Assembly: GCF_006345805.1 (NCBI RefSeq)
Contig: NC_043011.1
Span: forward strand, 28,036,464 to 28,100,463
Length of the DNA: 64,000 bases
Source of the DNA: Octopus sinensis
Taxonomy: Eukaryota
Direction: 5' to 3'
Shown here piece after piece: positions 13,071 through 26,639 of the stretch; within the stretch, counting starts at the first letter, position 1; every line of letters starts with the position of its first letter. Under the pieces are notes generated by a model. The model was not told where the DNA came from. It saw only the letters and a program-made list of their open reading frames with translations, and ran no database searches. The position numbers and the translations under genes were made by a program.

Positions 13071-15360
13071 TCTTCTTACATAAAACAGGCCTGTGTGTGT
13101 GCATTCGCTTTTTACGCGAAAACGGCTGCTCAAATTGCATCCATTCTTGGTATGCGTGAATAATTTGATCTCGGATACGTAATAGGGTGTTTAGTTTATT
13201 TTTTTTTTATTAAAAATAAATTATATTGCTTTCTATATATGATTCACTTCTTTAAAAATATTTCTCAATGTCAAGTTCCGGTATTGACGTAGCAACAGCG
13301 AAATTCTCTGTTTTCATCTACAAGATCGCTCACTCTCTATTTTAATGTTTTCCTTGTTAGTTTTAATTCGCTATTTGCAAACAACTACGAAAAGTTACTG
13401 AAAAAAATATTTACTAAGTTCACATATTTAAATATTCGGTACGAGATAGTTTTAACGATCTTTTATTTATAAGATACTTTTGTTTAATGTTTATTTCATT
13501 CATTGTTTGCAATGTTCTCTCTCCCACAGACACAAACATACGTCAGTCACAAACGAACATGTCTGGTTTTGTATGTACGTTTGTATACAATTCTGTATGT
13601 GTGTGTGTTTCTGTGTATATGTCAGAGAGAGTCAGTCAAGGACGTATTGTCATGTATGCATACATACATAAATACATATACATATAGCTTTTTTTATGTA
13701 TGTATGCGTGTGTGTATGTGACAAAGCGAGAGAGAGTGATGTCTAAGAAGCACTCACTCTCTCTCTCACACACACACACGCACACAAACATACAAAAATG
13801 ATGTACGTATATTTACGTATGTACACGTACATGACAACACACCCCTTCTCTCTCTCTCTCACACACACACACGTCCATTTCATCTGATGTTTGATATTGT
13901 ATGTATGTGTATGTGTGTGCGTGCATGGGGCGTTCCACAATCGCCATTTATTTCAATCGCTCTTCTGAAGACATTCACGTACTTCATTTTCTCATTTCAT
14001 CTTCATTTCAATTTTCGAAAGCATTTTCGGAGAACAATGTTCTCACTCTCTACAAGAGGTTTTGGGCCAGATGTAGATGATTAGTATTCTACAGTGAAGC
14101 AAAGACGAGCACAGGTAGCCAGAGTCAATGTTCAATTCTGCAACTATGTTAACTCTATTAAGTATGTTTGCAAACACGTAAGCAAAGGTTTAGATGCTGC
14201 AACATATCCTCTTATGCAGAATTGCAGTCAGCAGATAAATAAAAATGACGAAGAGGCACAGTATGCCAGAGGAAGATACATCAGTACCAATGATGCTTTT
14301 TGGCGCACCTTCACCTTTCCCATTCATGAAAGGCACCCAACCGTCATTCATCTAGGGAATATCCATCTAGGGAATGGTCACAGGGTTTTCTTTGCAAAAC
14401 AAAAAGCCTTGCAAGAAGCAATTTCTCCAAAAGAAACTACCCTTACTGCCTTTTTGAAGTTGTGTCAAGTAGATGAAGATGCAAAAAAACTCCTTTACTT
14501 ACAATTACCCAAGCATTACACATGAAGAAAGAATAAATGGCACAAGAGGAAACGGGTTGACTCAATGAAAATTTAACAGTGTCCCCGCAATCCAAGCAGA
14601 ATGCTACTACTTACGGTTCCTTTTGCATGAAGTACGCGGTCCCAAATCATTGCAAGGTTCGATGAGAGTAAATGGTCATATATGTGAAACTTATAGTGAA
14701 GCATACTATCAACGAGGTCTTTTTAGAAAATACTGAGGATTGGGATCTTGCATTGACCGTAGCATCAGTATCAGATTCCCTAAGGAAACTCCATAAACTT
14801 TTTGCAATTATACAGAACATGTGTCAACTTGGCAGTCCTCTACAGCTTTGGGTGAAACATCGGAAGGATATGGCTGAGGACTTAAAGTACGCAGTTCAAC
14901 AGGCAAACCCAGATAGCAATATTTAGTTCTCTGAAACTGCTTTTAACCAAGCACCGATTGAAATTGAGAATCATGTTTTGGCCATGGGAGGCAAAAATTT
15001 GCAAGAGTCTGGCTCTGGACTGCCAAAAGCAAATTGTCAAATTAGTGATTTAACTTCAAGACACGTAGCAAGAGAGAGAAATAATGGCATCACGGAATTG
15101 GCTGCGTTTGTGAATGAACATGAACCTAAACTTCGTCCAGAACAACGCTGTGTATATAGTCAAATTTTTCGTGTTTTGTTATTATTATCATTTTTTTATT
15201 ATGAATTCAGAATTGATTTCCCAGTTGAAGAATAAATTGTATCCCAATTGAAGAATAAATTGAATTTAGAGTAACAAATTTCTCTACAAAATATTTTAAT
15301 TTTTCTTACAATATACGAGGAACAATGCCATTCCCGGACAACGTTGGGTGCCTCTGCTAA
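13071..15360 (+). mobile_element. Internally deleted Helitron with both termini
   Basis: 5' A|TC at 13071; 3' GC-rich imperfect hairpin CCCGGACAACGTTGGG then CTAA|T at 15360; RepHel remnants inside. Confidence 0.8.
14094..15165 (+). pseudogene. Helitron RepHel fragment (Rep-helicase linker region)
   Basis: SIKYVCKHVSKG, GRYISTNDAFWRTFTFPIHERHPTV, TTLTAFLKLCQ, ECYYLRFLLHEVRGP, PLQLWVKHRKDMAED, LRPEQRCVY; stops and frameshifts. Confidence 0.88.
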
Positions 15361-15372
15361 TATATATATATA

Positions 15373-16604
15373 CAGGGGTTGGACAAAATAATGGAAACAC
15401 CTAGCATCATAGCATCATAATTTTGAAGTATCTATAAAACCGTCAAAAGCACGCTTATTTTTATGTTTTTTTATTTATTATTAGCGTTACTTAATATGTT
15501 TTGATAAACTTGCGGTTTCTTTCAGATATCATCAGAAATAGTAATTAAAATTCATTAAAATGACAGCTCTATCGGACTTTCAAAGAGGTCACATTGTTGG
15601 TGATCCTATGGCACTGGCATAATGAAAAAAAGGTGAAATATTTGGTGTATCAAGAAGTATTGTCTCGAGAGTTATAACAGCCTTTGAGAAAGAGGGAAAA
15701 AAACCTCCATCCTCGTCGAAACAAAACTCCAGAAGAAAACCAAAACTTTCAGATAGTGACCGTCGGACTCTTACGCGAATTGTTAGAAAAGATCACAAAA
15801 GTACACATACCAAAATTACTGCAGAGCTTAATCACCATCTCGAGAACCCAGTTTCCACAAAAACTCTGTTCGCCGGGAGCTGCACAAAGCCGGATTTTAC
15901 GGGAGAGCTGCAATCAGAAAACCACTGCTTTCAAAAACAAATGTTGCAAAGCGTTTAGAGTGGAGTAAAATCCTACAGAACTGGTCCTTAGTGCAGTTAT
16001 TTTTCCCGGACGAGTCATCCTTTATGTTATTTCTGACCACCTGCCGAGTGTACGTGTGGATACAGCCAAAAGAAGCATGTGACCCAGACTGCCGTCTTCC
16101 AGCTGTTAAATATGGAAAAGGATCTGTGATGATCTGGGGAGCTATATCTTGGAAATCGGCCGGCCCAATGGTTACCCTTCCTGAAATAATTAATAGTCAA
16201 GACTATTTAAGCATTTTATCCGGTCAAATTCATCTTAATTTTTCGGAGCTACTTCCGGGAGGAAACGCAATCTTTCAGGATGATAATTCACCAATTCACA
16301 CAGCTAAATTTGTTACTGAATGGCACAAGGAACTGTCTAGTGAAGTTGAACATCTTATCTGCCCGCCAGAGTCCCCAGATCTCAATATCATTGAACATTT
16401 ATGGAGCATTTTAGAAAAACGAGGAACTGGGGACTGTTTTAGCTGAAGAAGGGACAAAAATTTCTTTGGAAACAATTCAAACTTTGTACGAGTCGGTACT
16501 TCGTAGAATTGAAGCTGTAATTACTGCCAAAGGCGGTCCTACCCCATATTAAAATAAATTTGTCTGAAATTTTAAGGTGTTTCCATTATTTTCTCCAAGC
16601 CCAG
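15373..16604 (+). mobile_element. Full-length degenerate Tc1-family (DD34E-type) transposon
   Basis: TIR CAGGGGTTGGACAAAATAATGGAAACACC / GGTGTTTCCATTATTTTCTCCAAGCCCAG with TA flanks; ATG at 15560 (MTALSDFQRGHIVG); FPDES, FQDDN, SPDLNIIEHLW. Confidence 0.93.
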
Positions 16605-17291
16605 TACACACACACACACACACACAACTGGTATGGTATATGTATTAGGTAGTTGCAAATGTATGTGTGTGTGTGTGTGTGTGTGTATTAGTCTGTGAAA
16701 AAGTAACACGAAAGAAACAAAAATTAGTTATTTTATAATTAACCTTGGATATATTCATGCAAATGTGTTCGACTTTTTAAGTTGTAAAAATTCGCCGATC
16801 TATTGTGTTGTAAGACAGTGGGAGGGGGAGAGAGAGAAAATGTTATCGACATATTTCGGGCAGATCAATAATGAGGCATGAATAGAGATACGTGAAAAAC
16901 ATGATAAGAGCAAACAGGTAAGCTTTCGCTTTTAGAATTATGATGTTGAGCAAATGGTACAAATCCTATAGCATTGTTATTTCTGTTTTATGTAAAACTG
17001 TGAGAGGAATCCGTCCGTGGTAGTAATAGTCTGTTATGCTAATGACAATTAAAATTCCGAAAATAGACACAAGTATCCGTTTTAGCTCGAATTTTACAGT
17101 TACCTGAACTATCAAAAACTTTCTGAATTATCTTAAATATGACCGTGTTGTTCCGAAGCTCGTTTTGCAACAATTTTGTCCAGGATCATACCGCGGCACC
17201 TTGGACAAGTGTCTTCTATTATAAGTCACAGGCCGATCAATGCCTTGTATGTGAATGAATGAATTTGGTAAACAGAAACTGTATGGAAGCT

Positions 17292-17333
<42 letters not shown>

Positions 17334-18417
17334 CATATGAGTGGGTGCTGAAAAATTCCTGGTTTTGAGTAAAAAAATATACAGCAGGATCAGTTAATTA
17401 TGATTTCATCCAACAATTTCCCCTCTCAGCTTCACAGAAGTTTTGCAGGTGTCCTTTAATGTTTCCAATCTCGGTAAAACAATTCGGAAGTTTGGGCCTC
17501 GAACCAGGCCCTTCCAACAACCCCACGTATATATATACATTCATATATATATATATATATATTTCTAGCATATGCTAGACCACTGGTGTGAAATCGATGC
17601 TAATTAAATTAATATCTAATTTCTCATCCTCATTTTAAATTTAAATGTATATATACATTATATATATATATATATACATACATATATATGTATGCATGTA
17701 TGTATATATATATATAAATGTATGTTTTTGTGTCTTTATGCTTTTTACCCACACAACCAGCAGTGTTTTCTCCCCACCTCCCCGAACTTAGTGCTTTCGG
17801 CAAAAACATTTGATTGAATATGAAGTACGAGATTTCAAAAAACAAGTGCAGGCCTCTATTTGTTCGACAAAAACTTGCATCAGAATGGCCACAGTGCATA
17901 ACTGAAATAGGTAACAGGTCATAGAAAGGTTAAAAAAAGAAAGTGTCCAAGAGGATGATAGAGATCTGGCCCTCCTGATACAGAAAGGCTTCTAGGGATA
18001 ATCGAGGAACCCCACTGTCCGAGATTTCCCTGAAACCCCAAGAGTAGCTGCCCTCTCCAATTCCTTCTCTCCGCCTTACAGGTCTACACTTGCGCTTTAG
18101 TATAGAAAGTAATTTTTTACTTAGATTAGTAACTGTTATATAATTGAAGGGTGGGTTCTACCATGTTACGTCACGTTTCTTCCTGTTTTTACCTTTGTGT
18201 ACGTTATGCTTCCTATCCCCATAATTACATTGGGGATTAAGTGAAGAACTTTTGTTTTTATTTTTTCTTCGTTTTTATTTGCGTTTTGCCAAAATGGTCG
18301 CTGTCCGTATTGGTAGCATGGTTATTGATCGGCCTGTTATACTTGCTCGTGGCGCTTATTCTCCGGACAGTATTGATAATCCGGTTAAGTTTCTTCTTCT
18401 TCTTCTTCTTCTTCTTC

Positions 18418-18485
<68 letters not shown>

Positions 18486-18487
18486 TT

Positions 18488-19090
18488 CTGGGGGGAAAAT
18501 AGTGACAGACTTATTTTGCAAGCCCACGTCATCCCACATTTACCCCTACTGCCGCTTCGATCACCCACATCATATAATTCGGTCAAATCCGAAATCGCAA
18601 TTTAACAAGATAAGACAGATTTGTACTGACATAGGAGATCACTGGAAACATGCAAATGCTTTTGTACGCCATTGTGTAAAACGCAGGTGACAGAGAATCA
18701 CGATTAAAGGAAATAGCAAATGACATAGCTAAGATTAGCAAAGAAAGTCAAACCTTCACTCGTAAATTTTAGCAAACAAATTACAATATATGACAGAATT
18801 CCTTCAGTGATTAACTGGCACCAAAATTTCGCTAGCATTTCAAAAGTGTTGCATGAAAATTATCTGCATGTGGCGAAAAAATATCCTCATTTCACACAAA
18901 TATTTCTTCAGCCGCCTATTGTAGTCTTTAGACGGTATAAAAATATGAAAGAACTGTTACCCTCTACTTCGGACTCTACGATAGCTAACATTGGAGTGTC
19001 TGCACGATGTAGCTTGAAAAACAGCCGCAAGAGAGACAATCCCTGTTCACTGTGTAAAAACATGTGTCAAGTGAATTCCAAAATCACAGA
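18488..19090 (+). mobile_element. Penelope-like element fragment (RT C-terminal/thumb and linker)
   Basis: IVTDLFCKPTSSHIY...HPHHIIRSNPKSQFNKIRQICTD, PPIVVFRRYKNMKELL, CSLCKNM; 5' truncated at (TTA)n. Confidence 0.8.
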
Positions 19091-19645
19091 GGACTTAGAC
19101 CAACGCAAATTAAGTGCATTTCCATTTAAAATGGCTTCAGGTAGAGTCTCAAGTAATTCTGTAAGTTCTTGAATTGTTAATCACCAAACTGATACTATTT
19201 ATTTCAACATGAACAAGTTTTTATGTGTAGTTCATTTGAACATATACAGAACAGACCAAAAAGTCTGGTCGATTAAACACACACACACACACACATATAT
19301 ATACACACACACACACAAACACATACACACACACATACACACACACATATATATATATGTATATATTGAAGATTAGGGGATACAGAAGGTAGATTCATTG
19401 CTATTCTCTATACAAGCCTTATACATGCTTAATACTTATTAACTTCTTGTACCAAGATCTTTTCGGGTCGCACTACTCTGTCACTAAAGGCGCAAACGTG
19501 GCTGTGTGGCGAGATGTAATTTTCCCAACCTGATCATCTCGTGTTCAGTTCCATTTTGTGGCAACTTGGGCAATAGTTTTACACGATATCACCAGGCCAA
19601 CCAAAGCTTTGTGGATGGATTTGGTAGATGTAAACCGTGACGTGT

Positions 19646-19680
<35 letters not shown>

Positions 19681-19682
<2 letters not shown>

Positions 19683-19961
19683 CACCGTGATCACCGTGAG
19701 CGACCAGGTTAAAACAATGCATTTTGCATTGCTTTAGCCTTCAAATGACGCCACCCCGCTGGCTAAGCGAGCAGGCCAACCGAAGAAAGAGTGAGAGAAA
19801 GTTGTGGCGAAAGAGCACAGCAGGGATCTCCACCACCCACTGCCGGAGCCTCGTGGAGCTTTAGGTGTTTTCGCTCAATAAACACTCACAACGGCCTGGG
19901 AATCGAAACTGCGATCCTACGACCGCGGGTCCGCTTCCCTAACCACTGGGCCTTTGGGCCT

Positions 19962-19964
<3 letters not shown>
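19681..19964 (-). mobile_element. SINE family D copy 1 (tRNA-like head GGAGGC..TGGCCCAGTGGTTAGGG)
   Basis: Head and body shared with 39105-39488; tail ends CACGGTGATCACGGTGATT. Confidence 0.8.
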
Positions 19965-19999
<35 letters not shown>

Positions 20000-20006
20000 T
20001 ATATAT

Positions 20007-20290
20007 AATCACCGTGATCACCGTGAGCGACCAGGTTAAAACAATGCATTTTGCATTGCTTAGCCTTCAAATGACGCCACCCCGCTGGCTAAGCGAGCAG
20101 GCCAACCGAAGAAAGAGTGAGAGAAAGTTGTGGCGAAAGAGCACAGCAGGGATCTCCACCACCCACTGCCGGAGCCTCGTGGAGCTTTAGTGTTTTCGCT
20201 CAATAAACACTCACAACGGCCTGGGAATCGAAACTGCGATCCTACGACCGCGGGTCCGCTTCCCTAACCACTGGGCCTTTGGGCCTCCAT
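20007..20290 (-). mobile_element. SINE family D copy 2, near-identical tandem duplicate
   Basis: Matches 19681-19964 apart from one missing G; separated by (AT)n. Confidence 0.8.
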
Positions 20291-20296
20291 ATATAT

Positions 20297-20346
<50 letters not shown>

Positions 20347-20349
<3 letters not shown>

Positions 20350-21104
20350 CGAGCTACAAGTGGATTTTTTTGTAAGTAAAATTACATTTAATTCATTAAT
20401 AGCGAAACAATTGTCCCAAAATAATCTGTATTTTTGTTATTTTTTATTTGCCCTGTCCGTGTGAGCTAACAATTGTACTGACTTTCATGGGAAACATGTA
20501 TTTTTGTGGTTGAAACCTTTTGGATTAACTGGTGCTAGAGTGAGCCATATAGTGACCACTCTCTTATATTTATTTTGTAAAAATATTATAATATATTATA
20601 AAATATTATAATAATCCAGGTTTCTCGGAGCACTAGGCCACTTGGTGTTGAATAGATATACTATTAAATTAGTATCTAATTCTCTCACCCTTATTAATTA
20701 ATTATAATTATGCTGCATTTATTTCTAAATGCTGTATTTGTTTTCCGTGAAAGTTTGGCGCGCTGTTAGTTGGGGCATTTGAATTATAACGTCGATGTAA
20801 TCAATTGAACCACACGCGTATTTATCGTTATGGTAAAATCTGGCGTGTGATTGAGTGGATTTCATCCAGATAGTTTTGGCTGACGAGCTACAAGTGGATT
20901 TTTTTGTAAGTAAAATTACATTTAATTCATTAATAGCGAAACAATTGTCCCAAAATAATCTGTATTTTTGTTATTTTTTATTTGCCCTGTCCGTGTGAGC
21001 TAACAATTGTACTGACTTTCATGGGAAACATGTATTTTTGTGGTTGAAACCTTTTGGATTAACTGGTGCTAGAGTGAGCCATATAGTGACCACTCTCTTA
21101 TATT

Positions 21105-21110
<6 letters not shown>
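20347..21110 (+). repeat. ~230 bp direct repeat (20347-20575, 20881-21110): PLE pseudo-LTR or retrozyme-like module between (AT)n tracts
   Basis: Two apparently identical copies starting TGACGAGCTACAAG, period ~534 bp; contains a hammerhead. Confidence 0.85.
20874..20955 (+). ncRNA. Type I hammerhead ribozyme, canonical core
   Basis: TTTTGG-CTGACGA-GCTA-(43 nt)-TAGC-GAAA-CAATTG-TC-CCAAAA: perfect stems I and II, palindromic stem III ACAATTGT, GUC site at 20949. Confidence 0.88.
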
Positions 21111-21154
<44 letters not shown>

Positions 21155-21643
21155 GTGTGTGTGTGTATATATATATGTGTGTGTGTAGACGTGCACGAAA
21201 TATCTTTCAACCACGGTAGTGATTGAATATATTCTTAAGTCCACCTTTTCGTCAATCTCAACACATTTCAAGCTTCATCACTAATTCAGTTCTCAACTAA
21301 ATTGCAAAATGTTAAAAGATTTAAAGAGAACGCCTCTTCGGCTACACTTTGGCATAAATAGTTTGAGATTTGGTTCGGTAGAAAAAAGTTACATAAAAAT
21401 GTCTGCGAGCTCAAGGTGTGGGGTGGGGGGTGCATTAAGACAGATATTCATTTTCAATTAACATAAATTTTTTAAATTTTAAATTAAAAGTATAGCTTTC
21501 TTAGGCTTAAATGATAGAAAAATGCATGAGGAATCGTTAGTCGCATTGAACAAAAATTAGCAGCAAAAGTGTTCTTAGGTAAGGAAATAACTCTTCAGCC
21601 ATAAGAGTAAAGAGTATATTTCTAAAATTAATATCTCTGTTCC

Positions 21644-22115
21644 AAGGCGGCAAACTGGCAGAAATATTAGCGCAGCAGGTGAACTGATGAACAGTATTTC
21701 GTGTGTCTACACGTTTTTTTTAAAATTTCAATTATTTATTTTCAAATTTTTTAAAGTTCAAATTTCGCCGAGGTCGACTTTGACATACAGATTATTTAAT
21801 TTTTTTTTTTAACTAAACACTTTCAAACTTCCGATACTGGTAGAATATATCACTTAGAACAGGGTTTATTCTTAAGTTTTTTGACAAAAATATGTATATT
21901 AGAAGCGGTATTTCGTCTGCCTTAACGTTCTGAGCTCAAATTCCGCCGAGGTCGACTTTGCCTTTCATCCATTTCGGATCTATTCAATTAGACGTACAGA
22001 TTATTTAGTTGATTTTTTTAACTAAACACTTTCAAACTGCCGATACTGGTAAAAAGTCTCACATAGAACAGAGTTCACTCATTACGTATTTGACAAAATT
22101 TTGTATTTTAGAAGT
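21644..22115 (+). repeat. Two SINE-C fragments each followed by the same ~120 bp unrelated repeat
   Basis: GCCGAGGTCGACTTTG at ~21767 and ~21945, each followed by ACAGATTATTTA...AACTAAACACTTTCAAACT. Confidence 0.6.
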
Positions 22116-22458
22116 TATTTCGCCAGAAGTTACAGTGACAATGGACAAATTCGTGTTTGATAAGTGCCAAATACACGAAACTCTCAGTTTTTTACTTACT
22201 CTCTAACTTCTACCAATGATATATATACATGTTACATATATGTGTAAAAGAAATCTCATCATGCAATCGAACTAATGAAAGAGCCTCTCCCTGGTCGCTC
22301 AACACGCTAAAAGTAGTAGCTAAAGTGTCCCGCTACCTAAATCACACGCCCATTGTACGTAATGTCATAGATTATCCCTAAAAAGACGGTTTGCTGAAGG
22401 CTAAAATGTCTTTCATGATAGTTTTGCAGCATCAGGGTTTATTTGAGGCTAAATAACA

Positions 22459-22839
22459 ACAGGTTGGGCGTTGACCTCGGTAGGGAAGTCCTGAGTCTCG
22501 TATGGACCATGATAGAGTATAGGGTGTATTTGCATTTTTGAGATGATGTATGTGGTTGGCGAGTATCGTAGATTTACTATGTTTATCGTAGCTAAAAGAG
22601 TGGAGATGAGTGGCATATTGTTGCTTAAACCTTTTTGTTGATCCTATGTATATGGCTGTAGAGTTGTGTAATTGGTTATGGACCGTGCATTTGTAGATTA
22701 CATTATATCTTCTGCAATGGATTGGTAGCGGACAGGTTGTTCCAGGACGGCAATTACAATTAGGTGAATTTTGAGGACCATTTTCGGTAACTGAAGAGGT
22801 AATATCATCAGAAGAGAGGTTATAGAAGGTTATAGAAGG
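22459..22839 (-). mobile_element. Penelope-type GIY-YIG endonuclease fragment; open frame without a start codon, absent from the ORF track
   Basis: Hand translation: CNCRPGTTCPLPIHCRRYNVIYKCTVHNQLHNSTAIYIGSTKRFKQQYATHLHSFSYDKHSKSTILANHIHHLKNANTPYTLSWSIRDSGLPY. Confidence 0.9.
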
Positions 22840-22878
22840 TTATAGAAGGGGGTGAACATTTCTATATTATTATTATTA

Positions 22879-22929
<51 letters not shown>

Positions 22930-22944
22930 CATTATTATTATTAT

Positions 22945-23387
22945 TGAGTGAGAGAGCAGTGCATGCCATCAAAGTGACACTGGGGTAAAATATACGAAGC
23001 CCAATATACCCATCATGACTACACCAGGCACATGCATCACAACCATATGTGCGCGACATGGTGATCTCATATCAAGATAAACAGCACATGACCTTGCAGG
23101 TGGGGCCCAATTAGAATTTTCTTCAGGTTCAGTAGCCCATCCCGCTCAAAAGGTCCCTGAATAAGGGTTGTTTAAGGATGTTGAAAGAACCACCCATGTT
23201 TCCAAAGGTGAATTATTCAAACCCCAAAGAATCCCTCTCAACACATGGCTATGATGCTCCCCCACTACTTCTGCTCGTGATCAGAGATGCACATATCGTC
23301 AGCCACTAAGGGACATGCTCAACTGGTTAAGGTCAAACAACTGACAAGCAAATCTGTGGTATTGAGCAGAATATTTGCGGTAGCCCT
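22945..23387 (-). mobile_element. Non-coding interspersed element inserted within a (TAA)n tract
   Basis: ~440 bp of complex sequence bounded sharply on both sides by (TTA)n; strand inferred by analogy with the neighbouring element. Confidence 0.55.
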
Positions 23388-23410
23388 TATTATTATTATT
23401 ATTATTATTA

Positions 23411-23611
23411 CTTTTGTTTTCTTCTTTCAAATTTGCTTCCATTTATTGCCGAGTGTCTTCCCGACTCCTAGGGCAAAGAAACTCATAGTATACATTGGTA
23501 GGCCATTAAACCAAACTCAGTAGTTCGTTCATTTTTTTATTTTTTTTTTTAAGTTAAATTAAAATACATGAGCAGCAACAGTTCTCACATCGACAATGCT
23601 CTTCTCAATAC

Positions 23612-23612
<1 letters not shown>
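23411..23612 (-). mobile_element. Extreme 3' end of a Dong/R4-like retrotransposon in (TAA)n
   Basis: Minus strand VLRRALSM-stop, then 3' UTR, then (TAA)n; 5' truncation also at (TAA)n. Confidence 0.6.
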
Positions 23613-23686
<74 letters not shown>

Positions 23687-24877
23687 GTAGTCGCATATAT
23701 AGTGAACTTTCAAAATCCGCACGGTATTAAAAGGGTTTTCCACTGGTAACAAATAGGTAACCTTACACAAATACGATACGCACATATGTATAGAAACATT
23801 TCATACGCATACATAAAAACACAATACTTAGATATCCGTCTGATTGCTCGCATCGTTAGTGACAACACACCAATCGTGACAGATGAGTTTACATATGAGG
23901 TTTACATATGAGGTTTACATATGAGGTTAACCTCATAGCAACACTAACAGGATATTACAAATCACTAATAAATACCAAATGTGACATCACCACTGACACC
24001 AGTGCTGTCACCAACACCGCAACGGACACCAATCAAACACCGAGTCTCAAACATCTATGGTTTACATCAACAGCGCTATTTTATTATAAAGTGACAGTAG
24101 CACTTCAAGTATTATATTTGTTTTTTTTTTTGTTTTCTTTCATCAGCCACACTTAAAGTAAATTTGGTCTACTTCTTAATATCAGCTACAACAATAATCA
24201 AGCTCATTAAGTGCACAGAAATTCAAAATTGTCATATATTACCGTTTATTACTTGGAGTTTTTATATCATGGTCGCGTAGCGAATGTTTACTACTTTCAT
24301 GCTGAAATTCCTTGGACAGCGTGCAACCTAAACAATGATTTTCATATGAATAAGAAAGATACCAGTGACATTGATAAATGGCCAATATACTTCAACAATT
24401 AATTTACATTTAAATGTAAGAAAGTTATTCATGAAATTTATCATGATAAGAACTAATAAATCAAACGCAAAGGTAAACAAATGTACCGAATGTACATAGG
24501 CACAAACCGGAAATAATCGTATCGGTAAAAAACAAAAAATAGTTATAAAACTATAAGGCAAAACCTGTAGTCAGAAGAAGAGGCCTCACATTATACATTC
24601 GTTTAAGAAGAGTCACGAACAAGAGATTATAATTCTTGATAAATATCGTTATGTTTAATGATATTGACATGTAAGTTTGGCTATCTTATATGACAAAAGA
24701 CACTACTCAATATGTGCAAGAACGCAGTGTAAAGAAAATGGCAATATCGTGTTGCTGATTCCATGAAATTAATTCAGCCCAAGTAAGGTGGCAGAATGAT
24801 TGAAGTCAAATATTGATCAAGTGTAACATACTGACTGTACCGTTAGTAATCATAAACATAGAGCGGAGACCAGTTCA

Positions 24878-24911
<34 letters not shown>

Positions 24912-25825
24912 TTACATGTGCATATATAGTGGTGTGGCTGTGTGTATGGAGAGTGAAGGGAATGGCGGAGAGATATGTAAACACATATGAATAAACATAA
25001 GGAAGAAAACAGTAATATATATTGAAAGAAGAGTGTTCTATTTTATTGGACGCAGAAACGTATAATTCGTCGCAGCGACGTTCGCAAAGAAAGTAACGTT
25101 CACCACATTTGTTGTTATATTCACTCGAAAACAATAAAGATTTGATCACCACAAATATTTATTCACATGCTGTGAATCTATATATATTTAGTGGAAATAA
25201 TTTGACTGAACTTTTATGAATGCGTCGTCTTTGACCTACGAAACGTTGTTCTTGCATCCATCATCATCTTTCACTAACATGAAATGCTTGCAATGAAGGT
25301 AACAATACGTGTTCACTATAACTGCTAGAAATATAAGTTTAATACCTCTCAAATAATATCGGTTTTAGAAATATAGGGCCATGTCCGATAATGTGTTCCT
25401 CAGTTGATCGTGCTTAGACAAAACGAATGGCCGGGGGTTAGAACTAGTATGCGTTGATCGAATGTTTGCTAATCAGTGTTAAACCGTGGAAGAACGATGA
25501 GGGCGAGTTCCCAATATTTTTCTATCATCTCCATCCTATCGTATGTCTCATGTGAATACTCGAACGTTGTCTTCCTATTGTACAAGTTTCCACTTTCAAA
25601 GCTTTTCATTTTTCACAAGTAAATATTCATCACCGTGTAACATATATTGCCGATTTCCGTTCCGAAATGGTTCTGGTAGTAGATCGATATATACATATGT
25701 GTGAGTGTGCAAGTGTCTGTATGCAAGCGCACGTGTGCATGTTTGTATATGTGTTTACATATACACTCTCACTTCTTCATATGAATGTTATATATCCATA
25801 TACATCTACATAAGTATATATATAT

Positions 25826-25859
<34 letters not shown>

Positions 25860-26639
25860 ATATATATATATTATATATATATATTATATATATATATATA
25901 TTATATTAAATTAGAGACAAATAGTTATATTTTTTTTTAAATTAATAAATAAATGAAATAATAATAAAATATATATATATTTAAAAATTTATAAGTATAA
26001 ATTATTAATTTAAATAGATTTTTAAATTTCAACTTTAATTTAAGTATTTTAAATTTTGAATTTTATATTTTATATATGTTTTATTAATTTTATTTCTACG
26101 TATTTGTTTATGATTTTCACTGTTTGATTTGCCTAATAGTAGTTTTGTCTCTAATTTAATATAATATATATATATATTTATACTATAAAATTAGATTTAA
26201 TCCTAAATCTAATTTTTCCCTGTAAGTTTGTATTTACTACCTAATATTATTATAATATATATATATATAAACATATATGCATAAGTATATACTTCCTTAA
26301 AAGCTTTCATTCCATGTTCTTGTATGAAAGTTTGTCAATGAATCAACAAGTAGAAACGTCTAAGGATGATAGTTATTATTCGGGACAGGGGAGGTAATTG
26401 ATCCCTTTTTGTTTGGGATAAATAAACATAACAAAATCTCATGAAATATAGTAGCAAGAAGAAATATGTAGTAATGGATATATGATCATGAATTAAAATA
26501 TATACTGAGGCCAAAGTTGGTTATTTCCTTATTTTATTATATATGTTTTTTTTTTGCATTACAACGCATTACGTGAGTTTAATCGAACTTTTCTTCCTCC
26601 CTTTTCTCACTACTATTTACCACACGTGGAACGGAAAAT

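Noticed and set aside
23884-23930. 13 bp tandem GTTTACATATGAG x3 as a CRISPR-like array
   Set aside because: No spacers; simple tandem duplication in eukaryotic DNA
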